Assembly (NCBI GenBank): GCA_048213135.1
Contig: PS015010.1
Coordinates: 186,001 to 250,000 of the forward strand
Length of the DNA: 64,000 bases
Origin: Reclinomonas americana ATCC 50394
Lineage: Eukaryota
Direction: 5' to 3'
The number at the start of each line of letters is the position of its first letter. Position 1 is the stretch's first letter. Below are positions 10,356 to 20,384 of this stretch, one piece after another. Made by a program: the position numbers and the translations under genes. Below the pieces are notes generated by a model that saw nothing but the letters and a program-made list of their open reading frames with translations, had not been told where the DNA came from and did not search any database.

Positions 10356-10360
10356 ATACC

Positions 10361-10395
10361 CGGCATCCGGCATCTGGTATCCGACATCCGGTATC
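10361..10395. repeat. Heptamer tandem array
   Basis: cggcatc cggcatc tggtatc cgacatc cggtatc. Confidence 0.75.
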
Positions 10396-10512
10396 CTGTG
10401 CCCCGCATTTCACCCGCACCCAACTCTTTATCAATACCTTAACTACCGTTTTTTGGCTATTTCCCGAATTACTGGCATTTTTGACTTAATTACATTAATT
10501 TTGCAGTCCTTT

Positions 10513-11343
10513 ATGAAAGTAGTAAAACCGTTATTGGTCATCGTTGTATTCGCCCTGCTTACGGCTTCCTGTAATAAATACAGTAAAGTGCTGAAAAGCA
10601 AGGACCCTGAGTATAAGCTGAAAATGGCCGATGAATTGTTTGCCCAGAAAAAATATAAAACAGCGCAGCAGTTATATGAAGAACTGTTCACTGTTTTTAA
10701 AGGCTCGGTTAAATTTGAGGAGTTGTATTATAAAGATGCCTATTGTTTCTATTATATGAAGCAATACCGCGACGCGGAAAACCTGTTCAAAGGTTTCCTC
10801 GAAGTATTCCCGAACAGCCCCAAAGCTGAAGAAGTGGATTACATGAGGGCTTATTCTTTTTATAAGCAATCTCCGAAAGTTGAACTGGAACAGGTAGCTA
10901 CGGCGAAAGCCATGGGAATGATGCAAACCTTCATCAATACACACCCGGGCTCGGAAAGGATCAAGGACGCGACAGAAGTAATTGATAAGTGCAGGGCCAA
11001 ACTGGAACTGAAAGAAGCCCGCTCCGCGGAATTGTATTATAACCTCGGACAGTACAGGGCGGCAGCGATAGCGTATACCAATCTCATGAACAACTATCCT
11101 GAAACCGTTAAAGGTGAGGATTACAAACTGAAGATCGTAAAGTCGTATTATAAATTCGCTAAACTGAGCGTACCCGATAAACAAATAGAAAGGTATGAAC
11201 AGGTGATCACCGAATACCAGGACTTTGTTGACCGCTACCCCGACAGTAAATTACTGAAGGACGCGGAGAGTTATAAAAATCTTAGTCAAAACCATATTAA
11301 AGTCATAAAAAATGAGCAAACTCAGACGTCAGCTAAGCGCTAA
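10513..11343 (+). CDS. bamD: Outer membrane protein assembly factor BamD
   Basis: Lipobox LTASC, TPR-like helices, FVDRYPDSK. ATG 10513 chosen because it follows a TAATTTTG -7 box at 10496-10503. Confidence 0.93.
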   Translation: MKVVKPLLVIVVFALLTASCNKYSKVLKSKDPEYKLKMADELFAQKKYKTAQQLYEELFTVFKGSVKFEELYYKDAYCFYYMKQYRDAENLFKGFLEVFPNSPKAEEVDYMRAYSFYKQSPKVELEQVATAKAMGMMQTFINTHPGSERIKDATEVIDKCRAKLELKEARSAELYYNLGQYRAAAIAYTNLMNNYPETVKGEDYKLKIVKSYYKFAKLSVPDKQIERYEQVITEYQDFVDRYPDSKLLKDAESYKNLSQNHIKVIKNEQTQTSAKR

Positions 11344-11653
11344 CACCAGCAATGTAGTAGAGCCCAAGAAATTATCTGATATCAAGGAAAAAACAGGTAA
11401 TGTGTATGAATCGATCGCTATCATCGCTAAACGTGCTAACCAGATCAACATCACCCTGAAGGAGGAGTTGCACAATAAACTGGAAGAATTTGCCAGTCAT
11501 ACCGACAGCCTGGAAGAGATCCACGAGAACAAAGAACAGATCGAGATATCCAAAGCCTATGAGCGTATGCCTAACCCTTCCCTGCTCGCTACTACCGAGT
11601 TCATGGAAGATAAAGTTTACTTCCGCAGGAACGATGAGGACCTGTTCAGCTAA
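11312..11653 (+). CDS. rpoZ: DNA-directed RNA polymerase subunit omega
   Basis: TGNVYESIAIIAKRANQIN...ENKEQIEISKAYERMPNP; located between bamD and coaBC. Confidence 0.92.
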   Translation: MSKLRRQLSANTSNVVEPKKLSDIKEKTGNVYESIAIIAKRANQINITLKEELHNKLEEFASHTDSLEEIHENKEQIEISKAYERMPNPSLLATTEFMEDKVYFRRNDEDLFS

Positions 11654-11697
11654 GCAATAATTTAGCACCTTCTTTAGATAAGAAATCATAATTTTAG

Positions 11698-11732
11698 ACC
11701 CGTTCCACAACCTGGAACGGGTATTTATTTTT
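11698..11732 (+). terminator. Terminator-like hairpin between rpoZ and coaBC
   Basis: acccgttcca-caacc-tggaacgggt followed by atttattttt, ending at the coaBC ATG. Confidence 0.6.
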
Positions 11733-12923
11733 ATGCTACAGGGAAAAAAGATCTTGTTGGGTATCAGCGGCAGTATTGCCGCTTATAAATCAGCCGTACT
11801 TACCCGCCTGCTCATTAAGGCCGGCGCCGAGGTAAAGATCATTATGACCCCCGCTTCCAGGGATTTTGTAACGCCGCTTACCCTGTCTACTTTGTCAAAG
11901 CACCCTGTACTGCACGATCTCGCTGATAACGATTCCTGGGCCAATCACGTTATGCTGGGCCGCTGGGCAGATGTTATGCTCATTGCCCCGCTCAGCTGCA
12001 ATACACTGGCTAAAATGGCACAGGGGCGCTGTGATAACCTGCTGATGGCCGTCTATCTTTCTGCTACCTGCCCGGTAGTAGTGGCCCCGGCTATGGATGA
12101 GGACATGTGGCATCATCCTTCCACCAAAGACAACCTGCAGCGTATCGCCGGTTTCGGCAATCACATCATCCCGGTAGAAAAGGGGGAATTGGCCAGCGGT
12201 CTAATTGGCGATGGCAGGATGGCTGAACCCGAAGCCATCGTTTCCTGGCTGGAAGATCATTTTACCAATGCACAGCAACTGCGGGGGAAAAAAGTGCTCA
12301 TTACCGCAGGCCCCACACAGGAGGCCATTGACCCGGTACGATTCATCAGCAACCACTCTTCAGGTAAAATGGGAATAGCCCTGGCAGAAGAGTTTTACAG
12401 GAGAGGAGCTTCCGTTACCCTGGTACTAGGACCGTCCTCCCAGCCTGTGCCCGCCGGAGTTGACGTGATCCATGTACAATCGGCGGCGGAAATGTACCAG
12501 GCCTGCGATCAGCACTTTGCCGGTACCGATATCGCTGTTATGAGCGCTGCCGTGGCAGATTATACCCCGGTTACCATAGCCTCGTCCAAGATCAAGAAAA
12601 ACTCGGACAGCTTTACACTGGAACTGACCAAAACAAAAGACATCCTGAAATCGCTGGGCGAACGGAAAAAAGACCACCAGCGACTGGTAGGCTTTGCCCT
12701 GGAAACCGATAATGAAAAAGCCCATGCGCTTAAAAAACTCGAATCCAAGAATGCCGATATGATCGTACTGAATTCACTCAACGACAAGGGCGCCGGATTC
12801 GGCCACGATACCAACAAAATCACTATTTTTGACCGAAAGGGAAATGAATACAGCTTTGGCACTAGGTCAAAAAAACAGGTGGCCAAAGACATTGTCAATA
12901 CATTGATCCAAGTATATGCGTAA
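11733..12923 (+). CDS. coaBC: Bifunctional phosphopantothenoylcysteine decarboxylase / phosphopantothenate-cysteine ligase
   Basis: GISGSIAAYK, APAMDEDM, TAGPTQEAIDPVRFISNHSSGKMG, AAVADY, GFALET. Confidence 0.97.
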   Translation: MLQGKKILLGISGSIAAYKSAVLTRLLIKAGAEVKIIMTPASRDFVTPLTLSTLSKHPVLHDLADNDSWANHVMLGRWADVMLIAPLSCNTLAKMAQGRCDNLLMAVYLSATCPVVVAPAMDEDMWHHPSTKDNLQRIAGFGNHIIPVEKGELASGLIGDGRMAEPEAIVSWLEDHFTNAQQLRGKKVLITAGPTQEAIDPVRFISNHSSGKMGIALAEEFYRRGASVTLVLGPSSQPVPAGVDVIHVQSAAEMYQACDQHFAGTDIAVMSAAVADYTPVTIASSKIKKNSDSFTLELTKTKDILKSLGERKKDHQRLVGFALETDNEKAHALKKLESKNADMIVLNSLNDKGAGFGHDTNKITIFDRKGNEYSFGTRSKKQVAKDIVNTLIQVYA

Positions 12924-13833
12924 ACTATTTATAGTGCTGCTGATGGCCGGCTTTGCCCGCACCGCTGCAGCGCAGGAGCTGAGGGCCAATATTACCGTGG
13001 TGAGTAACCAGGTGGGTAATAATGTAAACCCCAACGTGTTCCGTACCTTTCAGACAGCCCTCAACAATTTCCTCAACAACAGGAAATGGACACAGGATGT
13101 ATTTCAGCCCAACGAAAGGATACAGTGCAATTTCATCCTGAACGTACGCCCGTCCAACGACCCGAATGTATATGAGGCATCGCTGACCATACAGGCTGCG
13201 AGACCGGTATTCAACACTTCTTACCAGTCGCCCATCATCAATTTCCAGGATGAAAGCATTTCATTCAAATACGTGGAGTTCCAGCAACTGGAATTTAATG
13301 AGAACAGGGTTACCGGCTCCGACGCCCTTGTTTCTAACCTTACCGCTGTACTGGCTTATTATGCTTACCTGATCATCGCTTTTGATTATGACTCTTTTTC
13401 ACCGAAAGGAGGCGACCTGTATTTTCAGAAAGCGCAGAACATCGTGAACAATGCACCCGACGGAAGGGGCATCTCCGGCTGGAAAGCCTTTGATGGTATC
13501 CGCAACCGGTACTGGCTGGTGGAGAATATGCTCAACAACCGCTACACCATGATGCACGATATCTATTACAGCTATTACAGGCTGGGCATGGATAAATTGT
13601 ATGAAGATGAAACAGCGGCCCGCACCGAGATCATGAATGCGCTGAACCTGATCAATGGTTTTGTAACGGAGAATCCCAATAAAATGATCACGCAGTTCTT
13701 CTTCCAGGGCAAGGCCGATGAGTTGATCAAGGTATTTTCCAAAGCGCCCCAGCAGGATAAGATTCGTGTATCCGAAATGCTGCAACGACTCGATATTACC
13801 AATGCGGCCAGGTACAAAGACGGATTGAAATGA
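12916..13833 (+). CDS. DUF4835 family protein (T9SS-associated PorD-like)
   Basis: Signal peptide plus QELRANITV, RPVFNTSYQSP, DYDSFSPKGG; position after coaBC is typical for Bacteroidota. Confidence 0.85.
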   Translation: MRKLFIVLLMAGFARTAAAQELRANITVVSNQVGNNVNPNVFRTFQTALNNFLNNRKWTQDVFQPNERIQCNFILNVRPSNDPNVYEASLTIQAARPVFNTSYQSPIINFQDESISFKYVEFQQLEFNENRVTGSDALVSNLTAVLAYYAYLIIAFDYDSFSPKGGDLYFQKAQNIVNNAPDGRGISGWKAFDGIRNRYWLVENMLNNRYTMMHDIYYSYYRLGMDKLYEDETAARTEIMNALNLINGFVTENPNKMITQFFFQGKADELIKVFSKAPQQDKIRVSEMLQRLDITNAARYKDGLK

Positions 13834-14186
13834 TAAGAATTTTTTTCTGCAGCATCCTGGCTGTATTGATACTGTCATCCTGTAAAAAAAGCGGGAGGCC
13901 CGATGATGTGCTGCAGCCCGACCGGATGCAGGCCGTGCTCTGGGATGTGCTGCAGGCCAATGCTTATGTAACCGAATTCGTCCGGAAAGATTCAGCACTT
14001 AACATCGAACAGGAACAGGTGAAACTGCAGCAACGTGTATTCAGTAAACATAAAATATCCAGGACCGAATTTGATAAAAGTTATAAATGGTATGTTGAAC
14101 ACCCGGTGCAAATGCAATCCATGCTGGATACCATGATCGCCAGGGCAGGACGTAATAAAAAAACAAAACTGTTGCAGGCCGAATAA
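13830..14186 (+). CDS. DUF4296 domain lipoprotein
   Basis: Lipobox LSSC; PDRMQAVLWDV...VFSKHKISRTEFDKSYKWY. Confidence 0.8.
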   Translation: MIRIFFCSILAVLILSSCKKSGRPDDVLQPDRMQAVLWDVLQANAYVTEFVRKDSALNIEQEQVKLQQRVFSKHKISRTEFDKSYKWYVEHPVQMQSMLDTMIARAGRNKKTKLLQAE

Positions 14187-14188
14187 TT

Positions 14189-14887
14189 ATGAATAAAGTG
14201 TACAATAATGCCAGCCAGGCTGTGGCGGATATCAGCGACGGAGCAGTGATCATGCTGGGAGGCTTTGGTCTCTGCGGGATACCCGAGAACAGCATCGCGG
14301 CGCTGGTTCAGAAAAATATCAAACAGCTTACCTGTATTTCCAATAACGCCGGAGTAGACGATTTTGGAATAGGACTTATGCTGCAGCAAAAGCAGGTAAA
14401 AAAAATGATCTCGTCCTATGTAGGGGAGAACGCGGAATTTGAAAGACAATTGCTGAGTGGCGAACTGGAAGTGGAACTGATACCGCAGGGAACCCTGGCT
14501 ACCCGCTGTATGGCTTCCGGTTACGGTATGCCCGCTGTTTTTACACCTGCAGGTGTAGGCACCGAAGTGGCGGAAGGAAAAGAAACAAGGGTATTCAACG
14601 GAAAGGAATACCTGCTGGAATATGCATTTGATGCCGACTTCGCCATTGTAAAGGCCTGGAAAGGCGATACCGACGGTAACCTCATCTATAAAGACACCGC
14701 CCGTAATTTCAATCCCCTTATGGCCATGGCGGGAAAGATCACCATCGCCGAAGTGGAAGAACTGGTACCGGCAGGAGAACTGGATCCCAACCAGGTGCAT
14801 ACCCCGGGAATTTATGTACACCGCATTTTTAAAGGAGAGAACTACCAGAAAAGAATTGAACAAAGAACGGTAAGACCCAAACGATAA
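14189..14887 (+). CDS. scoA: 3-oxoacid CoA-transferase subunit A
   Basis: [36 protein letters not shown]. Confidence 0.93.
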   Translation: MNKVYNNASQAVADISDGAVIMLGGFGLCGIPENSIAALVQKNIKQLTCISNNAGVDDFGIGLMLQQKQVKKMISSYVGENAEFERQLLSGELEVELIPQGTLATRCMASGYGMPAVFTPAGVGTEVAEGKETRVFNGKEYLLEYAFDADFAIVKAWKGDTDGNLIYKDTARNFNPLMAMAGKITIAEVEELVPAGELDPNQVHTPGIYVHRIFKGENYQKRIEQRTVRPKR

Positions 14888-14897
14888 TCACAACGAT

Positions 14898-15554
14898 ATG
14901 CTTGATAAGAACCAGATAGCGCAACGGATCGCGAAAGAACTCAAAGACGGTTACTATGTCAACCTGGGTATTGGTATACCCACACTGGTTGCCAATTATA
15001 TTCCCGAAGGCGTGAACGTAGTCTTGCAGAGCGAGAACGGCTTGCTGGGCATGGGCCCATTTCCGGAAGAAGGAAAGGAAGATGCCGACCTTATCAATGC
15101 CGGTAAGCAGACCATTACCACGGTGCCCGGCTCGGCTTTCTTTGACAGCGCCATGAGTTTTGGCATGATCAGAGCGGGAAAGGTAGACCTCACTGTACTT
15201 GGCGCCATGGAAGTAAGTGAACAGGGCGATATCGCCAACTGGAAAATACCCGGCAAAATGGTGAAAGGGATGGGAGGCGCCATGGACCTGGTGGCGAGCG
15301 CCAAAAACATCATTGTCGCCATGATGCACACCAACCCCAAAGGGGAGAGCAAACTGCTGCCCGCCTGCACACTACCGCTCACGGGTAAACGCTGTGTTAA
15401 AAAGATCGTGACCGAACTGGCCGTGCTGGATGTTAATGAAAACGGTTTTACACTTCTGGAGCGTGCGCCCGGTGTAAGCGTGGAAGAAATCAGGAGCAAA
15501 ACGGCGGGTAAACTCAACATTCCCGGTGATGTTCCCGAAATGATATTTGAATAA
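14898..15554 (+). CDS. scoB: 3-oxoacid CoA-transferase subunit B
   Basis: VNLGIGIPT, catalytic [20 protein letters not shown]. Confidence 0.93.
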   Translation: MLDKNQIAQRIAKELKDGYYVNLGIGIPTLVANYIPEGVNVVLQSENGLLGMGPFPEEGKEDADLINAGKQTITTVPGSAFFDSAMSFGMIRAGKVDLTVLGAMEVSEQGDIANWKIPGKMVKGMGGAMDLVASAKNIIVAMMHTNPKGESKLLPACTLPLTGKRCVKKIVTELAVLDVNENGFTLLERAPGVSVEEIRSKTAGKLNIPGDVPEMIFE

Positions 15555-15664
15555 GCACCCGCTTCATTGTTCAATATTCCATTTTCAATCCCCGATAACC
15601 TTTCTGCATTCTTTTTGTTATATTTAGTGTAACCGGCAACGGGACTACCTAAATATTACCGTCT

Positions 15665-18094
15665 TTGAAAAAAGCCTACCGCTACATTCTCCGGGGCATT
15701 ATTATCCTGCTCTCTGTATTTGTACTCCTCTGGGGTATTTTGTGGTGCTACGTTCATTTCAATAAAGAAGGACTGATCAGCAAGATCAGGAGCCAGGTCA
15801 GTAAACAAATACATGGCAAGGTAGATATCGGTGATATTGATGTGCATATGGTGAGCAGTTTTCCCAACATCTCCGTTAAGCTGCACAACGTGGTCATACG
15901 CGATTCCATGTGGGACCAGCACCACCGTGATTTCTTCAAAGCAGAATACCTCAGTGCACGCATACGTTTTTTCAGCATCTTCTCCGGTAAACCCGTTATC
16001 GGTAAGGTAGTAGTGGAGAATGCCACGCTTAACCTGTACACCGATTCGCTGGGAAGAAGCAATGCCGTTGGCGCCCAGGGCGACGTGGATGAAAAAAATA
16101 AAACAGTCCATATCCCCGACCTGCTGTTCCGTAACACCCGTTTTATCATGGAATACCCGGCACGGAATAAACTCCACGATATATTCGCCCGCGAACTGGA
16201 ATGCAATGCCGTACAGGCAGGCGGCCTCCTCAGTCTTAAAGTATATATCAACGCTACTGTTAACGGGCTGGGCTTTAACATGGAAAAAGGCAGTTACATC
16301 AAAGGAAAAAAGATTGAAGGTGATTTTAAAGTACGGCTCATCGACAGAAAACAACTGGAACTGGGTCATGTAAAACTGAAAGTGAACGGCCATCCTTATA
16401 TTTTCAACGGTGCTTTTCATATAGGACAACCACAACCACATTTTGAACTGGATATTACCGCACAGAAAGTGCCTTATAAAGAGATCGTGGGCATATTTAC
16501 ACAAACAGCGCAACCCAAACTGGATAAATTCGACATTTCAGAACCGGTTGCCATTCATGCCCTGATCAGCGGCCCTATGGCGTACAAAAGTTTTCCGAGG
16601 GTAAAAGTTGATCTCTCGCTGAAAAGAGCGAAGATCCAGAGCCCGGCGGGAGACTTCACCGAATGCAGCTTCGACGGGCTTTTCATGAATTATGTCGACT
16701 CTGCGATAATGCCATCCGATGATAATTCCAAACTACAGTTCAGGAACCTGAAAGCCACCTGGCAGGGATTACCGCTTACTTCAACGATGACGGAGATATA
16801 CAATATCCGTATGCCTGTACTCAGTTGCGATCTGCAATCGCGTTTCAACCTGCCCGATCTGAATGCCATCGCCGGAAGTAACAGCATCCGTTTTGATAAA
16901 GGCACCGGTGCGCTGGACGTAGTGTACAAAGGAAGCATCGCGAAGAATGATACGCTGCAGGTACCAACAGAAGTAAAGGGCTCGGTAAAAATAAATGACG
17001 CTACCATCGTATACCAGCCGCGTAATCTCTCTTTCACCAGTTGTTCAGGCAACATCAGCTTCCGCGACAAGGATCTTTTTATTGAGCAGCTAAAGGCCCA
17101 GGCAGGCAACACCAGCCTTACCATGAACGGGTCGATCCTGAACCTGTTTACACTCATCAATAAGGAGCCTGAGAAATTACAGGTAGACTGGAATATTTCA
17201 ACCCCCAGCCTGAACATCAATGATTTCATGAATTTTATCGGGCGCAGGTCTGCCGCAACGGGTAAAGCTTCCAAAGCCAGGCTGGTAAAAGTGGCGGAAA
17301 AAGTAGACCAGATGCTGGCGAGTGGTATGGCCAAACTCAACATCAGCGCCGGGAAAATGATGTACAAAAAATTTGTGGCTTCCAATGTATCAGCCGCTGT
17401 TTCGTTGCTTAACGGGCAGTTGCTGGTGAACAGTGCCAAACTGGTGCATGCCGGCGGAACCCTTTCCTTTACCGGTTCCCTTTCAGACGCGGCGGCACCG
17501 GGCAATAACACCAGTACCATGAAATTGAATGGCAGGCTGGAAAACATAGATATACCCGGCATCTTTTACGGGTTCAATAATTTTAACCAGGATGCGATCA
17601 CTTCATCTAACATGAAAGGAAAGATCAACGCGGATGTGGCCATCACCGGTAATCTTAATCACCGGTCAGAGCTGATGATGAATGATATGGTGGGCATCGT
17701 GGATTTTGATATTAAAAATGCTGAACTGAATAATTTCGAACCCTTACAAAAAGTGTCGGAAGTGATCTTTAAGAAAAGGGATTTTTCCAATGTACGTTTT
17801 GCCGAACTGAAGAGCAGGCTCGACATCAGCGGGTCATCCATCTACCTGAATAAAATGGAGATCAGTTCCAATGTATTGACCATGTTCGTGGAAGGTGTAT
17901 ACGATACAAAGAAAGGCACCGACATGGATATACGTGTTCCCCTGCGCAACCTAAAAAAAATAGACCAGGACGCACAACCGAAGAATACCGGTAAAGTAGG
18001 CTCCAACATCAGGCTTCGGGCCAAAACCGGCGACGATGGCAAGCTGAAAGTAAAACTGGTTTTATTCGGGAAGAAAGATAAAGGCGACGATTAA
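15665..18094 (+). CDS. AsmA-like family protein
   Basis: N-terminal membrane anchor followed by about 780 aa of beta-strand-rich sequence with an AsmA-like C-terminus; TTG start. Confidence 0.75.
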   Translation: MKKAYRYILRGIIILLSVFVLLWGILWCYVHFNKEGLISKIRSQVSKQIHGKVDIGDIDVHMVSSFPNISVKLHNVVIRDSMWDQHHRDFFKAEYLSARIRFFSIFSGKPVIGKVVVENATLNLYTDSLGRSNAVGAQGDVDEKNKTVHIPDLLFRNTRFIMEYPARNKLHDIFARELECNAVQAGGLLSLKVYINATVNGLGFNMEKGSYIKGKKIEGDFKVRLIDRKQLELGHVKLKVNGHPYIFNGAFHIGQPQPHFELDITAQKVPYKEIVGIFTQTAQPKLDKFDISEPVAIHALISGPMAYKSFPRVKVDLSLKRAKIQSPAGDFTECSFDGLFMNYVDSAIMPSDDNSKLQFRNLKATWQGLPLTSTMTEIYNIRMPVLSCDLQSRFNLPDLNAIAGSNSIRFDKGTGALDVVYKGSIAKNDTLQVPTEVKGSVKINDATIVYQPRNLSFTSCSGNISFRDKDLFIEQLKAQAGNTSLTMNGSILNLFTLINKEPEKLQVDWNISTPSLNINDFMNFIGRRSAATGKASKARLVKVAEKVDQMLASGMAKLNISAGKMMYKKFVASNVSAAVSLLNGQLLVNSAKLVHAGGTLSFTGSLSDAAAPGNNTSTMKLNGRLENIDIPGIFYGFNNFNQDAITSSNMKGKINADVAITGNLNHRSELMMNDMVGIVDFDIKNAELNNFEPLQKVSEVIFKKRDFSNVRFAELKSRLDISGSSIYLNKMEISSNVLTMFVEGVYDTKKGTDMDIRVPLRNLKKIDQDAQPKNTGKVGSNIRLRAKTGDDGKLKVKLVLFGKKDKGDD

Positions 18095-18118
18095 TACCGG
18101 TTATTGCATTCCTTCATT

Positions 18119-18147
18119 AAAAAATCCCCCCGTAATGCGGGAGGATT
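18119..18147 (-). terminator. Rho-independent terminator of pckA
   Basis: Minus strand aatcctcccg-catta-cggggggatttttt. Confidence 0.8.
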
Positions 18148-18182
18148 AGTTATTGGCCAGCAATCATTGTCCTTGCGGACGA

Positions 18183-19787
18183 TCACACTTTTGGAGCAGC
18201 CGCCAGTATTTCTTCATTGGCGCCACTTGCATATTTTTCAAAATTTTTGATGAACTGTCCCGCCAGGTTTTTGGCCATTGCGTCATAGGCTTCTTTATCG
18301 GCCCAGGTATTGCGGGGATTCAGTATTTCAGAAGGAACACCTTCGCAGGCAACAGGCATCTGCATACCGAATACGGGATGTGTTTCAAAATCTACATTAT
18401 TGAGTTTGCCTTCCAGCGCGGCAGTGATCATAGCCCTGGTATAACCCAGTTTCATACGGCTGCCTACACCATAGGCGCCACCACTCCAGCCTGTGTTCAC
18501 CATCCATACGTTTACGCCGCTTTCCGTGATCTTTTTACCCAGCATTTCGGCATACTGTGCCGGATGCAGGGGCAGGAAAGGAGCGCCAAAGCAGGCGCTG
18601 AAGGTAGACTTAGGTTCGGTAACACCTGCTTCCGTACCGGCCACTTTCGCGGTGTAACCGCTGATGAACTGGTACATGGCCTGTCCTGCAGACAGTTTGC
18701 TGATGGGTGGTAATACACCGTAAGCATCGCAGGTAAGGAAGAAAATATTTTTCGGTGTTTTACCGATAGAAGGTTCAAGCGCATTGCTGATGAAATGCAG
18801 GGGATAGCTTACCCTGGTATTTTCGGTGATTTTCTTGCTGCTGAAGTCGATCTTATTGGTGCCTTCAAAGAAAGTAACATTTTCAACAAGCGCACCCGGG
18901 CGGATGGCATGATAGATCTCAGGTTCTTTTTCTTCGCTCAGGTCGATGGTTTTGGCATAACAGCCGCCTTCGAAATTGAAAACAGTATCGCCTGTCCAGC
19001 CATGTTCGTCATCACCAATCAGCTGGCGGTTAGGATCAGCGCTGAGTGTTGTTTTACCGGTGCCGCTCAATCCGAAGAAGATTGCGGTATCACCGTCTTT
19101 ACCCATATTGGCGCTGCAATGCATGCTCAGTACATTCGCCCTTTGAGGTAATACATAATTCAGCATGGTGAAAATACCTTTCTTCATTTCACCGGTATAA
19201 CCTGTACCGCCGATAAGGATGGTCTTGTGTTTGAAACTGAGTACGGCAAAGTTTTCAGCACGTGTTCCGTCAACTGCCGGATCGGCTTTAAAACCGGGCG
19301 CCTGTACAATATGCCAGTGGGGTACAAAAGTATCGAGGTCTTTTTCTTCAGGACGAATGAACATGTTATAGCAGAACAGGTTACTCCACGGATTTTCGTT
19401 GGTTACCCGCAGGCGTAAACGGTAGTTCTCATCAGCACAGGCATAGCAATCCCTGATCCACAGTTCTTTACCAGAGAGATAAGCCAGCATTTTTTCTTTA
19501 AGGCTCAGGAAAGCGCTTTCCTCAAAAGGAATGTTGAAATCATTCCAGTGCACGGTATTTTCGGAGAGTTCGTCCTTTACGGTGAATTTGTCCTTGGGGC
19601 TGCGGCCGGTGAACTTACCGGTATTGATCACCAGGGCTCCCGTGTCGTTCAGTACGCCTTCGCCACGGCTTACGGTTTGGGCCGATAATTCTTCAGGACT
19701 TAACTGGTAATGAATGTTTTCTGCCTGCCCGATACCCAGGAATTCCAATGCGGACTGGGGTACGGCAATCATAGATGAAATTGACAT
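18183..19787 (-). CDS. pckA: Phosphoenolpyruvate carboxykinase (ATP)
   Basis: TGRSPKDKF, YTGEMKKG, FFGLSGTGKTTLSAD, LIGDDEHGW, FNFEGGCYAK. Confidence 0.98.
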   Translation of the reverse strand: MSISSMIAVPQSALEFLGIGQAENIHYQLSPEELSAQTVSRGEGVLNDTGALVINTGKFTGRSPKDKFTVKDELSENTVHWNDFNIPFEESAFLSLKEKMLAYLSGKELWIRDCYACADENYRLRLRVTNENPWSNLFCYNMFIRPEEKDLDTFVPHWHIVQAPGFKADPAVDGTRAENFAVLSFKHKTILIGGTGYTGEMKKGIFTMLNYVLPQRANVLSMHCSANMGKDGDTAIFFGLSGTGKTTLSADPNRQLIGDDEHGWTGDTVFNFEGGCYAKTIDLSEEKEPEIYHAIRPGALVENVTFFEGTNKIDFSSKKITENTRVSYPLHFISNALEPSIGKTPKNIFFLTCDAYGVLPPISKLSAGQAMYQFISGYTAKVAGTEAGVTEPKSTFSACFGAPFLPLHPAQYAEMLGKKITESGVNVWMVNTGWSGGAYGVGSRMKLGYTRAMITAALEGKLNNVDFETHPVFGMQMPVACEGVPSEILNPRNTWADKEAYDAMAKNLAGQFIKNFEKYASGANEEILAAAPKV

Positions 19788-19812
19788 AGCAAGTTTTTCT
19801 TTTAAGTTTTAC

Positions 19813-19833
19813 GCAATCGTTGCCACAAAGGTA
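19813..19833 (-). promoter_or_regulatory. pckA -7 box with adjacent LacI-type operator candidate
   Basis: Minus strand TACCTTTG (19833-19826), followed 2 nt later by the near-palindrome GCAACGATTGC (19823-19813). Confidence 0.6.
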
Positions 19834-20080
19834 GTACAAGACTTTTTGATACCGGTTTAGCCGGATAGCAGGGGATTTAAAAGAATGCCTGTTTTATGCG
19901 TATTCATTCCAAAAAATTCAAATACCGCTACTTTTTTTGAATGGCTTTGAAGAATAGATAAAAAAGATTGAACAGGATGAATTTTTTGACATGGTTTGCA
20001 CCCTGTGTCAAATGCAGCAATGGCGCAGGTCTGCGGGCCCCGTGATCTGGGTTAGCGTACCTTGTACACATTAGCTGCTC

Positions 20081-20342
20081 ATCCCGCATCTTTGACAACC
20101 TTCGCATACCACCTGGGTCTCGCTTCCGCGAAGACCCAGGCGGAACGGCTGATGTCGCTGGTCGGAGACCAGGCGAAGGCATCTGGCATCCGGTACCCCA
20201 TATCCCGCGTCTTTGACAACCTTCGCACATCACCGGGATCTCACTTCCGCGAAGACCCCGGCGGAACGGCTGATGTCGCAGGTCGGAGACTGGGTGATGG
20301 CATCCGGCATCCTATATCCCGCATCTTGTATCCCACATCCCG
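20081..20342. repeat. Tandem duplication (121 + 114 nt) of a composite REP-like unit with heptamer tails
   Basis: Units start at 20081 and 20202 (atcccgcRtctttgacaaccttcgca...). Each has hairpin A (cacc..gcgaagacc..ggcggaacggc) and hairpin B (gtcgcWggtcggagac..). Confidence 0.9.
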
Positions 20343-20384
20343 CCACGAAGCCGTATATTGCAACATAATAAATGAAATGACTGT

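Noticed and set aside
19983-20012. Hairpin tttgacat...gtgtcaaa as riboswitch or operator
   Set aside because: Short, single copy, with no recognisable aptamer motif; support is insufficient.
20081-20342. CRISPR array, or coding ORFs 20062..20388 and 19928..20233
   Set aside because: Whole-unit duplication with no unique spacers. The ORFs only translate the repeats, and the non-triplet unit length shifts the frame.
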